The translations under genes were made by a program, and so were the position numbers. A DNA stretch of 64,000 nt, taken from Lepidodermella squamata. Its lineage: Eukaryota > Animalia > Gastrotricha. Of the stretch, positions 13,842-27,100 are shown one piece after another. The stretch lies in assembly GCA_047495785.1 (NCBI GenBank), contig JBLDXI010000048.1:496001-560000 (forward strand), written 5' to 3'. The first letter of the stretch is position 1. Each line of letters begins with the position of its first letter. The notes beneath the pieces were generated by a model. It worked only from the letters and a program-made list of their open reading frames with translations, ran no database searches and had not been told where the DNA came from.

Positions 13842-16344
13842 ATGACTCGCCATTCCAGAAATGCGACAGCCAATCCGTGTTACACTTATCACGAGCGTAG
13901 AAAAGACTCTAAAGAATCCGGCTACGGCTCGCAAACAAAGCGCCTGAGTAAGGACGCTGTTCGCCCGGCCGATTGCTGCGCAATGACCCTACAGCCAGCG
14001 AAAGAGCCCGTCGTCACGCCGGACGGCTTTCTCTACGACCGATCGGCTATCATCGAGTACATGTGCCACGAAAAGGAGCAGATTGCGTTGCGTTTGAAGC
14101 AGTGGAAACAGCGCAAGGAACAAATTGAAGAGGCGAAGAAGAAAAAGGAGGAAAATCAGAAGCGGCTGGACGCGGAGAAATTTGCGGCCGGCGAGCGGCA
14201 TGTTGTTTCAGCGTCGTCTCGAGCGAACTCTAAGGTCAAGGTCCAAGCGCCGCCCAACAGCAGTCAGAACAGCTTTTGGGTTCCAGGCAAGGCTAAAATT
14301 CCAGGTAAAATGTTTGGCTTTTTTTATTTTCATCGAATATTAACATTCATGGGCTTGCAAAATTTCGTAATTACTAATGCGCATTTTTAATTTAAAAATA
14401 AATTTTAATTTAATTTTTTTTGGCTTTCTATGGGAGACTGTTGATAAAATTTGTTATAAGTGGTGAGAAAATACTGCAGCTCAACTTTTAAAATTAAAAT
14501 TAAAACTTAGATGAAGGTATACTTGATTAAAAAAAAATTTAAAAATTTCTTGGAAAATTTGAAAAATTGAAAAATAGTTGCGCAACTCATCGGAAACGCT
14601 TTACAAGTTACCGCACTTATTTAAACTCGAAATTAGAAAACCAGGCCAACAATCATTCTGAAATGATACGCAGCCCGGCGGAATGCTTTGAAGGATCAAG
14701 TTTTTTGGTCGGCCAAAGTAGAAGTTGAGCTCTTGTACTGAGCAATGATGAACTTGATCGCTGCAATTTTTCGATCCAACTGTGGGTTAGGCCAGCCCAG
14801 ATTTTGCTAGTTCTGTCAGTTCGAGCTTACTCTTAACAGACGCGATTTCATCGACCAGAAGTCGGACTACATTCCGAAAGCTTACACCGCCAGCTTGCAG
14901 TTTAACCTTTGATGCCAGGATTCGGCCAACTTGTTTCTTCGCACGTCTCGCGGAAATATTGGACAAAGTCGGCGAGAACCGATTTTGAAATAGTTTAGGT
15001 TGAGCTCTAATGCTCAGCCGCAGCCTTGAAAATCCAAGGGTAGAAACGGTAGAGCCATAAATCTGCGTATCAGTGTTCGAAATCCTGAGATTCCGCGATA
15101 GCATGCAATGAGGCCGTGCTCGTGGATCCACTTGGTAATGGCCTGAGTAAAATGGAAATGACATCCGACGATTCTCAAATACTTCCCATCTCGACCGACT
15201 TCAGCGCCGCTATTAAACCCGTTTCAAAGTCACAAGTAGCTTTTTCGGCGAAAAGAGGCTCTTCAACCCCGATAAATTACTCAAATGCTATGCTAAGTTC
15301 AGAATGGTTCCTGGGGCAGGGCAGGTTGGGTTTACACTTTGAGTGAACCTATTTTATTTATTGTTTATTTGGCCTTTGTCCCCGAATAAACGCGACTTGG
15401 AGACCCTCAGCATTATGAGGCTTCAGGTGCCACCTCTCTTCTGTGCTTACAAATTTCGCTTGGCTGAATCTTCTCTCAGATTCTGATGACACAGCGGCAG
15501 TGAGAAAAAGCTGGCGTGCGATCTTGGTCGAGGTCGGGTACTTTGGGCTCAATGACTTCCAGTAGAATAGCGGGTGGTAATTGTATCCTTCTGGGAGTCT
15601 TCAGATCGATAAGCGGCTAATTCGAATTTGATTTGCCCTTCAGTGAGGCTGAGACGTAAACCACTATATTTCGGATTGGACTTATTCGCAAGAATCTGTT
15701 GCCCAGTTCTTGGAAACCTTGATACTGAAAATTTGAAAGAAACGTTCCGGATCAGAATAATTGGCCCGCTCTGAAATCTGAATTTCGAATCTAGAAATGT
15801 TAGATTTTAGGGATTTTAGAAATAAATTGAATAAAATCTGTATTTAAATGTGATTTTATTTATAACATATAATTGATTAATTCCAGGTGACTCTGCCGAA
15901 TCGTTGGCTGAGGACACAATGCCACCAAAGCCCGAAGAAGTCGTAAAATGCCCAATGTCACACAAACCGCTCAAACTCAAAGACCTGCTACCCGTTCACT
16001 TTAAACGAGCCCGCAAAGAAGAAAACGCAGCAGCTTCTACCTCGTCATTTCTCTCCCTTGAAAGTGGCGACTACGTTTGTGCTATAACCGGCGATGTGTT
16101 GACCAATTCGCAGCAATTAGCTGTTTTACGGCCGTCTGGGGCTGTTGTCCTGCAATCAGCGGCTGATAAAGTGTTAAAATTTGACGAGAAATCGGGCGAA
16201 GTCGTCATGGATCCGGTTGCGAATAAGCCGTTGGAGGGCATCATCTCGCTGAAACGTGGCGGTTCTGGCTTTGTGGCGGCGACTGGCGGCGATCTGACGC
16301 AGATCCAGGCCACCCTGAAATTGCCCGTTCTTTCAATTTCTTGA
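13842..16344 (+). CDS. NOSIP: Nitric oxide synthase-interacting protein (split RING/U-box-like). Exons 13842-14304, 15887-16344
   Basis: Diagnostic N-terminus MTRHSRNATANPCYTYHERRKD..GYGSQ..RLSKD, CCAMTLQP..PVVTPDGFLYD, SFWVP, CPMS.KPLKLKDL, LKRGGSGF. Phase-1 intron. AATAAA near 16394. Confidence 0.95.
14640..15640 (-). mobile_element. Degraded hAT transposon remnant in the NOSIP intron
   Basis: About 15358-15575 (-) reads YWKSLSPKYPTSTKIARQLFLTAAVSSESERRFSQA, matching the hAT C-terminal dimerisation domain. Frame is broken; outer limits approximate. Confidence 0.7.
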
Positions 16345-17265
16345 TCAACAATTCTCATTCGCTTTTGTTTCTTTTTGTATTTATTGAAAAATGAATAAAA
16401 AATGAAAAAATAATTGTTTGAGGATTTTTTAATTCAAACTTAGTTTTTTGCATTGTCTAGATTTTCTTTTGGATGCGTGAAATTTGATTTTAATTACTGA
16501 TGCAGCGAGTAGAGAAGCACTGGCGATGCTGATGGCCTCTGACAGTTGAAAATGTTATTGATGAAAGTGGGTCGAAATGACCAGGATTGGGTATAAGAAG
16601 ATGCGGACTTATAGATTTTAATCGAACGGTCAATGCCGATCGCGAAATCGAGAAAAACCTCGCTGTGTTATTGCAATGCTTTCTTCACGTGGCCCGTCAT
16701 TTATTTTCTGCTGTCTACTGTCCAATCGGAATTACCTTTGGGTTTCAAAGTTAGCGAAATCGAAGGCTATAGGCTGGTCGTCGTGGAGTAATTTGGGCTG
16801 TTGAATGGACTCGAAATGAATGCAAGTTATCGTTTCCAAGTTTGATTTAAAACTAAATAGCAAACCTGCTATCAATCGGCGCAGTGTGCTTCGTGATTCT
16901 TGATTAGCGCTGTACTTTTTGGAAAAAAATTGCCATTTTACACCATTTCTAGCGCAAATGTCTTCATTGCTGTTTTCACGTTAAGACGTCAATGAGGCAC
17001 CTGTTATAATAAGATGGTGTGTATGAAATTATCTTCGTATTCCCCTTCATAATTGAAGGCGATCGATGACGAAGTCATAAGATCGTTGGTCATGTTGGTT
17101 TTCGCCTACCCGTCTCGCCGTCTGACACGCTCCAACCGCCTGCACCTGGTTCAATAAAGACGAAAAACCCGGCGAGGAAGCGAGCAATTTGTCGAATGAA
17201 GCATTCTACACATTTTTCTTTACCACTTTTCTCTTGAATTTCATCATTCATTTCGCGAATTGAAC

Positions 17266-17592
17266 ATGTTCTGCAAAATCGTTGTTGCTGTTTTTCTGGC
17301 AAGCGTTCTCACCCCACAAGCGGTCGCTGAGTTCAAGCCAGCAATAAACGAGGAGTGTAAAGGCTACTATTCGGCACGCAAGGTATCGAACGTTCCGACC
17401 TGCGTAGCTCTTTGTGATCAAGACACGAAGTGCGCAGGCTACCGTTATGCCTTCAACTTTGGCAAAGGGCAACAAGATACTTGCTACATGTCAAACAAGG
17501 ATCAGTGCGCAACACTGGTTACGCCGAAGAAATACGGCGGCCAGACGCATTTGAAGGGAGCATCGTGGCTTACACAGATTCAAAAAGGTTGA
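17266..17592 (+). CDS. Small secreted Cys-rich protein with a PAN/apple-like domain (108 aa, single coding exon)
   Basis: Signal peptide MFCKIVVAVFLASVLTPQAVA; core C-x3-C-x5-C-x-G-Y...C-Y spacing typical of PAN modules; ATTAAA near 17683. Confidence 0.65.
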   Translation: MFCKIVVAVFLASVLTPQAVAEFKPAINEECKGYYSARKVSNVPTCVALCDQDTKCAGYRYAFNFGKGQQDTCYMSNKDQCATLVTPKKYGGQTHLKGASWLTQIQKG

Positions 17593-17770
17593 ATGCCAGT
17601 GGTTCGCCTCAAAGTCACAGCGCGGAGAAATGGCTGCGTGGAGAGTCGAGAGTGATGAGATGAGGATGCATACTTTTTTCTGATTAAATATCTATTTATT
17701 GAATGAAAGCTGCTGAGAATTTAATCAATAAACAAGAATAAGCGTTATGTAAGGTGGCAGAAATTGAACT

Positions 17771-17820
17771 GTGGAACCACTGAAAAACCACTGTGGAACC
17801 ACTGGAACCACTGAAAAACT
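17771..17820. repeat. Short tandem repeat of GGAACCACTG/AAAACCACTG units
   Basis: Four AACCACTG cores read directly in the sequence. Confidence 0.6.
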
Positions 17821-18160
17821 TAAGCGCCGAAGTTGATGCCGTAGAATACTGAAGTCAGTGGTTTCTTCTGTGGAGGAGCCAACGGTGCCTAGGCTGTGTT
17901 GTCTGTATTATCATCAGCTTCCGGAAAAGTTGAAGCTGTCTAGAATCAATTAATTTTCTTTGCTAGCTGATAATTTTTAGGAGTGCTACTTGCAGAAAGG
18001 TTATTTTAGGTTTCTTTATTTCGATGCCTCTCAGGAGCCATGGTTTTCTCTGAAATCACATCACCCTGGCATGAGGTGTAGCTTCCAACCCGAGCCCGAT
18101 GATATTTTGCATTCTATTTTATTTGAAGTAGATCTTAATTAGTTAGTTGTGATTATTTAT

Positions 18161-21100
18161 ATGGGAAAGCATGCAGCTACTGGGTGTGATGGGCAAAGCG
18201 ATGTTCCGGCCCCATTAGCTCCTGAAGAAATCGCCAGGCGCGTTGCCGAGGCAACAAAAGGATCCGCATTTGACAAGCGAAAAGCCGAGAAACAGGCGAA
18301 TATTGCGAACCGAGTTGCTGAAATGAAGCGGCGGCTTACGAGCACTTCGCCGCAAGAGCGAGAGCGGTTCCGGTTACTGGCCGAGAAAGCCGTGCAGGAT
18401 GCGGAGAAGTCGCGAAATCTCAGCCGAGTCATGGTTCACGTCGATATGGACGCATTCTACGCATCGGTTGAAATACGCGATCAGCCAGATTTGGCAGGTA
18501 AATTGATTGATAAAACATACAGTATTACAGAGTTGGGCAAATATTTATTATTTGCTATCTGGTGATTTTTCGGGTCATATTGCCACTATTTGGGGCATTG
18601 TCTTGTACTTATTACAGAGGTGCAATTTGTTCTTGGTGGTCATTATTAAGCTAATACCATATTATTGTTTCTGAACTCTAAAAATCGTGATCAAATTGGG
18701 CTATTTGTTTTCTCCGAGCCAGGCAGTTAGTTAATCCAATCCGGCAATCCGGAACCGTAAAGTCTTCAATTCGATCAGGTCTATAAGCTGATATGAGCAA
18801 CTTCCAAAGGCTTGCCATCTGGACTACCCACATTGTATGTGCAAAAGGGATTCCCCACTTGGTACATTTCCTTTAATGAGGCTTGGGCTTCGTCATTGTT
18901 TTGCAGCAACTCCAAAGCATTGAAAGTAACCAACTGGCTATGCAATAGCGCCGTTCCCTTCGCGATGTCAATCGCCAAAATAATTGAGGTCATGTACTTT
19001 TGATTGCATGGTATCGAAAATCTACTTCGAACTTGGGATATCTATAGTTATGATTAACTATTCTTGGCGTCGGCATCTCCTCGTGCGATTTGTGATTTTT
19101 CCATTGCGATAATATCATGCTGCAGGGTCCATCGCATCGGGTTCGGCGAAGGCGGAGAAATCCAATGCTTCATTGGGTTTTCTGAGCGCAGTTCCGATCA
19201 AGAATTTCTAAAATGAAAATAGTTGATGAAAAGGCTTCACCTAGAAGAATTAATCTTACCGCGAGTTTGGCATCCGTTCTTTGCCCTACTCTCGTAGCAA
19301 GCTGTATTCTTCAAACCATTTTGGGCAAAAAGGATAGGTTTGAATTACTCTTCGAGAAAAATCGAATTATTACATATCAAATACAATGGTTATTTCAGCT
19401 AACGATTTCGAGAAGTTTTCTAAGTATTTTTTCCGCTGAGCTTGTTCCCGCCCGTTGCTTGTTTCTTTGTTCGCATCCTCGGCGATCAATTTCTGTTTCG
19501 ACTGAGACGCGCTCTGTGTCGAAGACGGCGCACTTTAATCAGCCTTCCTCTTTCCTCCTTGACTTGAAAGGATGATGTTTGTCTCGTAAGCAGACCCTCC
19601 GAACCCGATCCGCGTACCGCACCTTGCTACTAGATGACCCAGAAGCTTTTTTCTTCTTTGTTTGTTGTCCGAAGTAGAGCCTCTTCTTTTTGCCCGCTTT
19701 CAGCAGAAGAATTCAGCAAAAGGCTTTGTAACGGAAACGTCCAAGAAATCATAGGTATGAAATGATATTTAAATCGAAGAATAGTCTTGCCCTAGGCTGT
19801 GGTCGTAAAGTTTGAGCACGTAGGCCTTCATTTTTGTAGAAGGGCCGCCTTCAGCGCCGGTGACTTTTTCGGTGGCATCGGTGGTCACGCTTCACATTGA
19901 CTCGCCATTGGCCATTTCGAAGTTGAATCGGAAGTTGCCAAGATCTTGGAAACTTCCGTGTCAGTTATCGCTTGTATTATACTTCGTGAACTGAAGTATA
20001 ATACAAAGAAGATGAAGACAATCCCCTGATAATTTAACATACTGTATCTGCTGCACCAAAACAAACCCGGATCTGGCACGCAACTGCCTTTCTTTTTTAT
20101 TCGGATATGCGTACCATCAATAATGCTAACAATTCCTGGAATCTTTGAAAAGCTTCCTGAGCCAGGTCGTCAGCCTCAGAGAAACTGTGTAGTGCAATAA
20201 GATGTTTCAAGTTTGAGACTACGGCTGATATCTTAACTCTAACTGCTTTGCAACCTGTTGTTCGATGAAGTCCAAGTTCATCACCTTGACAGCGCTGCGA
20301 AGGTGCTCAGGTCAAGTACAGTATATTATCGTTATAGTGATAGCCGTTTATAGTGAACTATCGCTGCAGTGAACGATTTTGCTGGCACGCGGCTCAAAGT
20401 GACCTATTTACCTTATAATAGCTATCGGTATTGTGAACGACGCATATAGTGAACAATCGTCATTGTAAACGCTTTTTGCGGCGCATGCGCCATATAAAAC
20501 ACGTGTTTAGCGAGCGATATAATGAACGAGACTAAATTTTGAAAAATAAATTCTTCAAAAACGATTTCAAAAATTTGATGAACCGTAAAAAGACATGAAA
20601 ATCGTTCTCAAGCTTCCAAAATGGGGGAATCTCGAGCGTAGTAAGGGTCTCAAGCGCAATTTCGCACGGTTCAAATGGGCTAGCAGTTGTCACGGTTCGA
20701 GGCCCACCCCTTGAAGAAGCTTCAAGGAGCGGGCCCCGAGCTGTTGGCGACTATCAGAACTGTTCAAACGACTATTACTGATTACTTTTCACTTAAGAAT
20801 CAGATTTTTCTATTATATATACGCCGCCGATGCATTTAGCAGTAATATTCGGAGTTTTGAAGCCATATAAGCGTTTTCTTTTTCAACTATCACTATAGTG
20901 GAATTTCGTTATAGTGAACAAACTTGATGGCACGACCAGCGTTCACTATATTGAAAATATACTGTAACCAACGTTAGCCAAATTAATTTGCTAAGAGAGT
21001 TGCTTCTACTGGGTTTTATTGGTTTTATGTAGATGAGGACGCAGCTGTTCTTCAAGTTCGACGATTGCACGTTTGGAAAATTTATAGCGAGCGAAAAATT

Positions 21101-24100
21101 CGTTTGGCGAATTCATCAGAGTGAACTCGAAAAACTCGGTTTCTTTTAGGAAAGCGATTCATTCGTAAATATCAAAATGAATCATGGGCTGAATACAAGA
21201 GCTGAGAAAGCTTCTTGTATTGTAGCATCTCAACGATTGATTTCTTTCTTGTAGAGCTAAATGAGAGCTAACTAAGCCAGCTTCGCCAACTATTTTGGCT
21301 GCTGTCTCCCATGCAGCTTTTTCTTTATTTTGCACATTTGCAACAGTTTAGTGCTACTGAATTTATTTAAACTAGTATTGATCGATCAAACAAACTGAAA
21401 TTATTTCCATTTCATAGATAAGCCTGTCGCGGTGGGCGGCAATTCAATGCTATCGACGACGAATTACATCGCTCGCAGTTACGGCTGTCGCAGTGCGATG
21501 CCGGGATTCGTCGCTAAGAAATTATGCCCGCACCTGGTCATCATTCGACCAGATTTCCGCAAATACTCGGCTGTTGCCAAACAAGTCCGTGAGGTTTTCG
21601 CCGAGTACTGCCCTGATTACGTAACAGGTGGGTTGGACGAGGCTTACCTTGATTTGACTGAATACCTAGAATCTCGGCTGACTGGCAAAACGAGTAATCA
21701 AATTGCTGATTTTAAAATTTCGGACGAACTATCGAGTCGTGTTGGCTGCAAATGCGACGAGGCGGAAATTGAGTCTTCCCAGCCGGTGGAGAAGGCGGAC
21801 TTCAAATACTGTCCGAAATGCAAGTTACTCAGGTAAGCCAAGTTACACAGTTGCCACCCGCAATCCTATCACTGATAGCGAAGTCAGCTGCAAGTAAAAT
21901 CTCAAGAAATTTACTTCGAAATTGAACCAAAATGTACTTCGATGCTCTAGTTCTTAAGCCAGACGTCAGTTCCAACTGTTGAATCCTGTAATTGACATAG
22001 GCCACGCTACGAGTAAAAGCCGCAGCGCGGCTATTTAGATTAGGGATAAGAGCGGCAAGGAAGCCGTTCCAATCCGCGACCCTAGGTGCCCTATATTCGG
22101 CACGCCTTTATTCGACCTTCACATATAGTCACCACACTCCCACTTCCGCTGCCCCATCGACATCAATTGATACCGATTATGTCCTGCAATTTAGCGACGG
22201 TATGAATGAATATACACCGGCTTCGTAAAGAGGCCGGCCAACATTTCCTCGGTGAATAACTTGCGTGGATTCTCGACCAATCGCATATCGAAAAAAGACT
22301 CATGCGGATAGAATCGTGTATCAACTGTCTAATAATATATCTAATTTGCTTCGTGCGCCTGCCCGCGCCCTGAAGGACCGAGTCTGATATCACGCAGGCC
22401 TGATTGTCACAAAACACGACAGCAGTCTTCGGCACGTTGCGGGATAGCTCGGCCAGGACCCCAGCGAGCCCATTCACTTTGAGAACAATATCGGATAAGG
22501 CAATGAGCGAAGAAAGAGCGAGAGCGGGTGCATTGTTTCGATCATGTTTTAGTCGATCACATGTTTCTCTACAGCACGGATATACAATGAGAATTGCAAA
22601 TTTGTCAGTCGCAAGAATCGAGATTATGATTTTTCAGGCTTTCAAATGTCATTTTCGTAGTTTTTCGCATGACAATTTCTATAGCTGTCAAGCGAATAAG
22701 AGGACTGCTTTTCTATCAGAAACATTACAGATCATACGTTGCTTTTGTTCAACCGCAAGAATGATGTTAAGGCACGTTTTTGATGACTAATGGCTCAAAT
22801 GATAAGATCGATGAGTAACAAACTAGCGATAGTAGCATTATTTTTATTCCACGCGGCTAAGGCGTCTATATCCTTTCGGGTTTTGTGGAAGGTGAAGGAA
22901 GGCAAAATTTAAGAAAAATCACCCCCTCAGTTAGCAATTTGCTTTTACCATAAAATTCATCATCCATCATCTCTATATTTAATGCCGTTAATTCTGTGGC
23001 GTGTCAGTCCACGTCTTCTACTATTATTTCAATCGAGGTTGACTTGGGTCGTCCTCGAGAGCGTCGGTTCTTTCGATTTCAGTAGCAACGACGTTAATTA
23101 CATCGTCCTTCACCTCCGCGATTATGCTATCACGAAACAGCGGCCAGTTGTGCTGATCTAGCAGGGTTTCAATGCAATTTTCTACAGCTTCGTCGATCGT
23201 ACCTCGAGCATCTTCTAGATGATACTCGATTTTATTCGCTATTCGATCCTCCGCCTATAAAATTGACTAAATTAATAACCTGCGTTTTTTTAATTTTTTC
23301 ACTCACCTCATCAACAATTCGGTCAACAATGGCCAATTGATCTTCGGTGAGCGGACTTGACGGTCGGCGAAAGCTGGTTTTCGGGGCTGTTAGCGTTTCA
23401 GGAAGACGCCTCTTCGGCAACTGATTTCCCTAATTTTAAAGAAGTAAATCATAAAATTTGTAAATATCCTTAGGTGGGCTTTCTTCGCAGCACCCGTAGT
23501 TGACTTAGAGCAGCGTTTTCACAATTCGATTTAAAATTCTACACGAAACATTGATCAGGTTTCTACGGCCATCCCATCGAACTGGATGAAAAAAACGAAG
23601 TTATATAATCATTGAATCTCAGCTATTTTCATGGTAGCTTTCACTTGAAGCTTTCACCAAGTTCCTTCTTGCTTCTTGCCTCTTTGCTTCTTCGGCCTAT
23701 AATAAGAAAAATTCCAAATATCAGACTAGAATGTGATGTTGAGAATTTGTGAAACGATAGCAGTTCGATAGTAGCTTCGCGAATGGTGGCGTCGATTGCG
23801 TTGGGAAGATCATCTAGGCAAGACCCCTTGAAGCGCGGGTCCAATAGGCTGGCGATTCGCACGAAATCGTCAGCCATTAGCTCCGAGAAGCTCCGAGTCC
23901 AGGGCCGTCAGGATCGCTTTCTTCGTTCCCGTGACACCGAAATGCGGTGCCGTTAAGTATGCTTCGCAGCACTTGGAATAGAGTCGGGTAGAGTCCTGGG
24001 GCGCCCGGAGGATTTTGCGAATGTAATTGAATCGAAATCCGTTTTGTATTGTGTCTTTCGCAGCCTTTCATTCTAGGACAACACATATCGTTTTTTTATG

Positions 24101-27100
24101 GCCGCGATCATCCAGATCGGAGCTCCGTCAAAGTGAAGTTGCGATCTCAATAAGCAGATTGAATAGCATCTCTTCATGCGGTCATCTCGGACCAATTCAG
24201 AAAGACAACGGAGAAAAATATTTCACCATGTTTCTGAGCGACAATTCAGAAATTTTTTATTAACTGAGCGACAAGAATTTTTATTAACTAAAATAACATC
24301 TTAAAGTGACCTTGCGTGACCATCGAATCTCCACTGCAGTGCATGACTTTCTCATGCAGGAAAAGGGCATGGCTTACGCCCTTTACACGCGATATGCAAC
24401 ACCTTGTAGGAGTGAGATCCTTCCATTGGAATTTCTCAGCCTTTCATCCCAGGACTGCAGATATCGTCTTTATCTGGGCGTGATCATCCAAAACTTGTCT
24501 TGCTGTTCATGGGCCTGAATCGATTCTCTCAGTTTCTTTGCCAGCTCCTTGTTCGTTACCTTCCCTTTGCACTTGGTCGATTTTTCCAAGGCATATGTAT
24601 CCGACGTTATATTGGCGAGAATTTCGGAATCTGTTTCGACAAATCCGCCTTATTTCGTGACAGGCTTTGCAGATGTGTAGAGTATAGAAATATGGAAGAA
24701 ACATGCAATTAGGCACGCTGTATATAAAAAGGACAGGTCTGACAAGTTCATTTTTTATTATTCGATCATAATCAACGTTGTAGCTGTGAAGAAGTTCATT
24801 ATCTGCTTCTTAAGGGGAAAGAATCGGAATGTCTTTTTACAACCATTAAAAAAATGTATCAGCGATGCTTAGATTTATCAACAATTCTTTGAACTTTGTT
24901 AAGGAAATTTCGATTTCTACGTTTCGATTTCTAACAGAAATCATCTTCAGGGAGATAAAGTTGAATGGTCTAGGCTTGAAATTATAATAAAAATCTTAAG
25001 GCGAATATTTTAAATTGATAAAACCCATTTTTCATGATAAATGAAAGCGTATAATCAAGTAGAAAAATTAGCCGAAATTATCTAAATCTTCAGTCTTCAT
25101 AATCAATTTTAAATATCCGCCTCAAGATTTTAATCATAATTTTAAGCCTAGAACATTTAACACTCCCTGAAGATGATTTCTGTTAGAAATCGAAACGTTG
25201 GTTACCACAAAAACTGTTAGCGCTAAATTTCCTTAACGGAGTTTGCACTAAAAACTTGTTATCAAGATTCTTTGAACCAATGAAAAAATCGATTTTGTGA
25301 ACAACTCTTTGTTCAAGTCGTGTATACCCACATTCCGAAAAATCGAAATGTTTCAAAATACGGACTGCACATTGTTATTGGTAGCTAGGTCTTTCGGAAG
25401 GAAAAAATAATTCTTGTAGACGGGGGAACCACGTGAATAGTGGTCGGCCAACGCGAACGATTAGCTGGCCAACAAGCTAAGTATAAACGAATGCCAGCGT
25501 GCTTAGACGCCGGATGGCTTGTTGAATGCTTTCATTTTGTGGCTAGTAACCCCATAGTTTGCACTGAGAAGCAATCATCCTGCAGATTGGCTTTGCATTA
25601 AGTGGAACAGACAACCGCGAATCGTGACTTGGTAAACCTCACAAATGGCCCTTCGCGATGCTTGCTCGAAAGCGGCGATTAGACTCTCAGGCCGTAGACC
25701 TGCGAAACGCGGGCGCAATTGTTGAACCAATACAGAATGGGTTTCGTTAAGCCTGTTCGGGAGAAGGCAATAAATGGCCGTAATGGCTTTCACTCGCCGC
25801 TCGCCATTTTGAAAGGTTTCAACGTAGATATGCATCGTGAATAGTTGGTGGAGTCCAGCTGGAGATCTATTTTTATAAATTATCAAATTTAGTGTTGCAA
25901 ATTATTATCGAATAATCAGAAATTTGAATGATTTTTTAAAATAATTGTTCATTGTAGATGTCAAGTTGGCAACGAAATAACGTTCGGAAACACGGCCTGG
26001 GCAGTTGTCGAAGAAATCCGCTTCAAAATCCTGCTCTCAACCCGGCTGACGAGTTCAGCCGGAATCGCGCCAAACACAATGATCGCTAAAATCGCCTCAG
26101 ATCTACGCAAACCAAACGGCCAGTTCATGATCCGCCCGGAACGGGACGAAATTCTGAACCTGATGAAAAATATGGCTGTCTCGAAAATCCCCGGCGTCGG
26201 CCCGGTGAGCCAGGGCGAATTGGCTGGTCTCGATATCAAAACGTGCGGCGATTTGCTGGAACGACTCGGCGATATTTTGCAGCTATTTTCCGACCTTCAC
26301 TTCTCATTCCTACTCCACGCGTGTCTCGGCATGGGTTCGACCCATTTGGAACACGGTGGGCCGAGAAAATCGCTAGGAACTGAGACCACCTTTGAAAAAA
26401 CGTGTGATATGGCTAAATTATTGCCAATTATCAAAGAATTATGCGAGGAAGTTGCGGAGTCGATTGAGGAGGAGCAATTGCTGGGTCGAACCCTAACGTT
26501 GAAAATTAAAACTGCAGATTTCAAAAATTTCACCCGCGCCGGATCTTGTCCGGGTAAAAATGCGTGTTTTCGGCCGGATTCAAAGGGCCAAGATATGTTT
26601 CAAGTCGCGAAGCAACTGTTGGAAAAAGAATTTGCGGATAATGGCGGAAAGTTATGGATCCGCCTTCTCGGTGTTCGATTATCGAATTTGAAGGAAATTT
26701 CAGAAATCGAAGAATCGAGTTCGATTTCGACGCTTTTAACGAAAAATAAACGCAAAAGTGATGAAGTTCAGGAAAATTCGAAAAAATCGAAAAAATTGAG
26801 TTCTGAACCTGAATGCGTTGAAGAAATTTCCCTGATTGACGACGTGATTTTCGACGAAAATTCTTCGTCGAATGTTGAAGAAAATTCCGAGTCTTACGTT
26901 TGCCCGATTTGCAATGCGAAATTGCCGAAAATTACGTTGGTAAAATTTAACCAGCACATCGACGAGTGCCTCAATCGATCTGCTATTCGATCTCTCAAAG
27001 AAGAAGATGAATTAATTCGAGGCGTTGAAAGTCAAGCTGGGCCATCGACTTCAAAAATTCAGCGCAAAATCTCGAACAGCAATAATCGAAAATCGAATTC

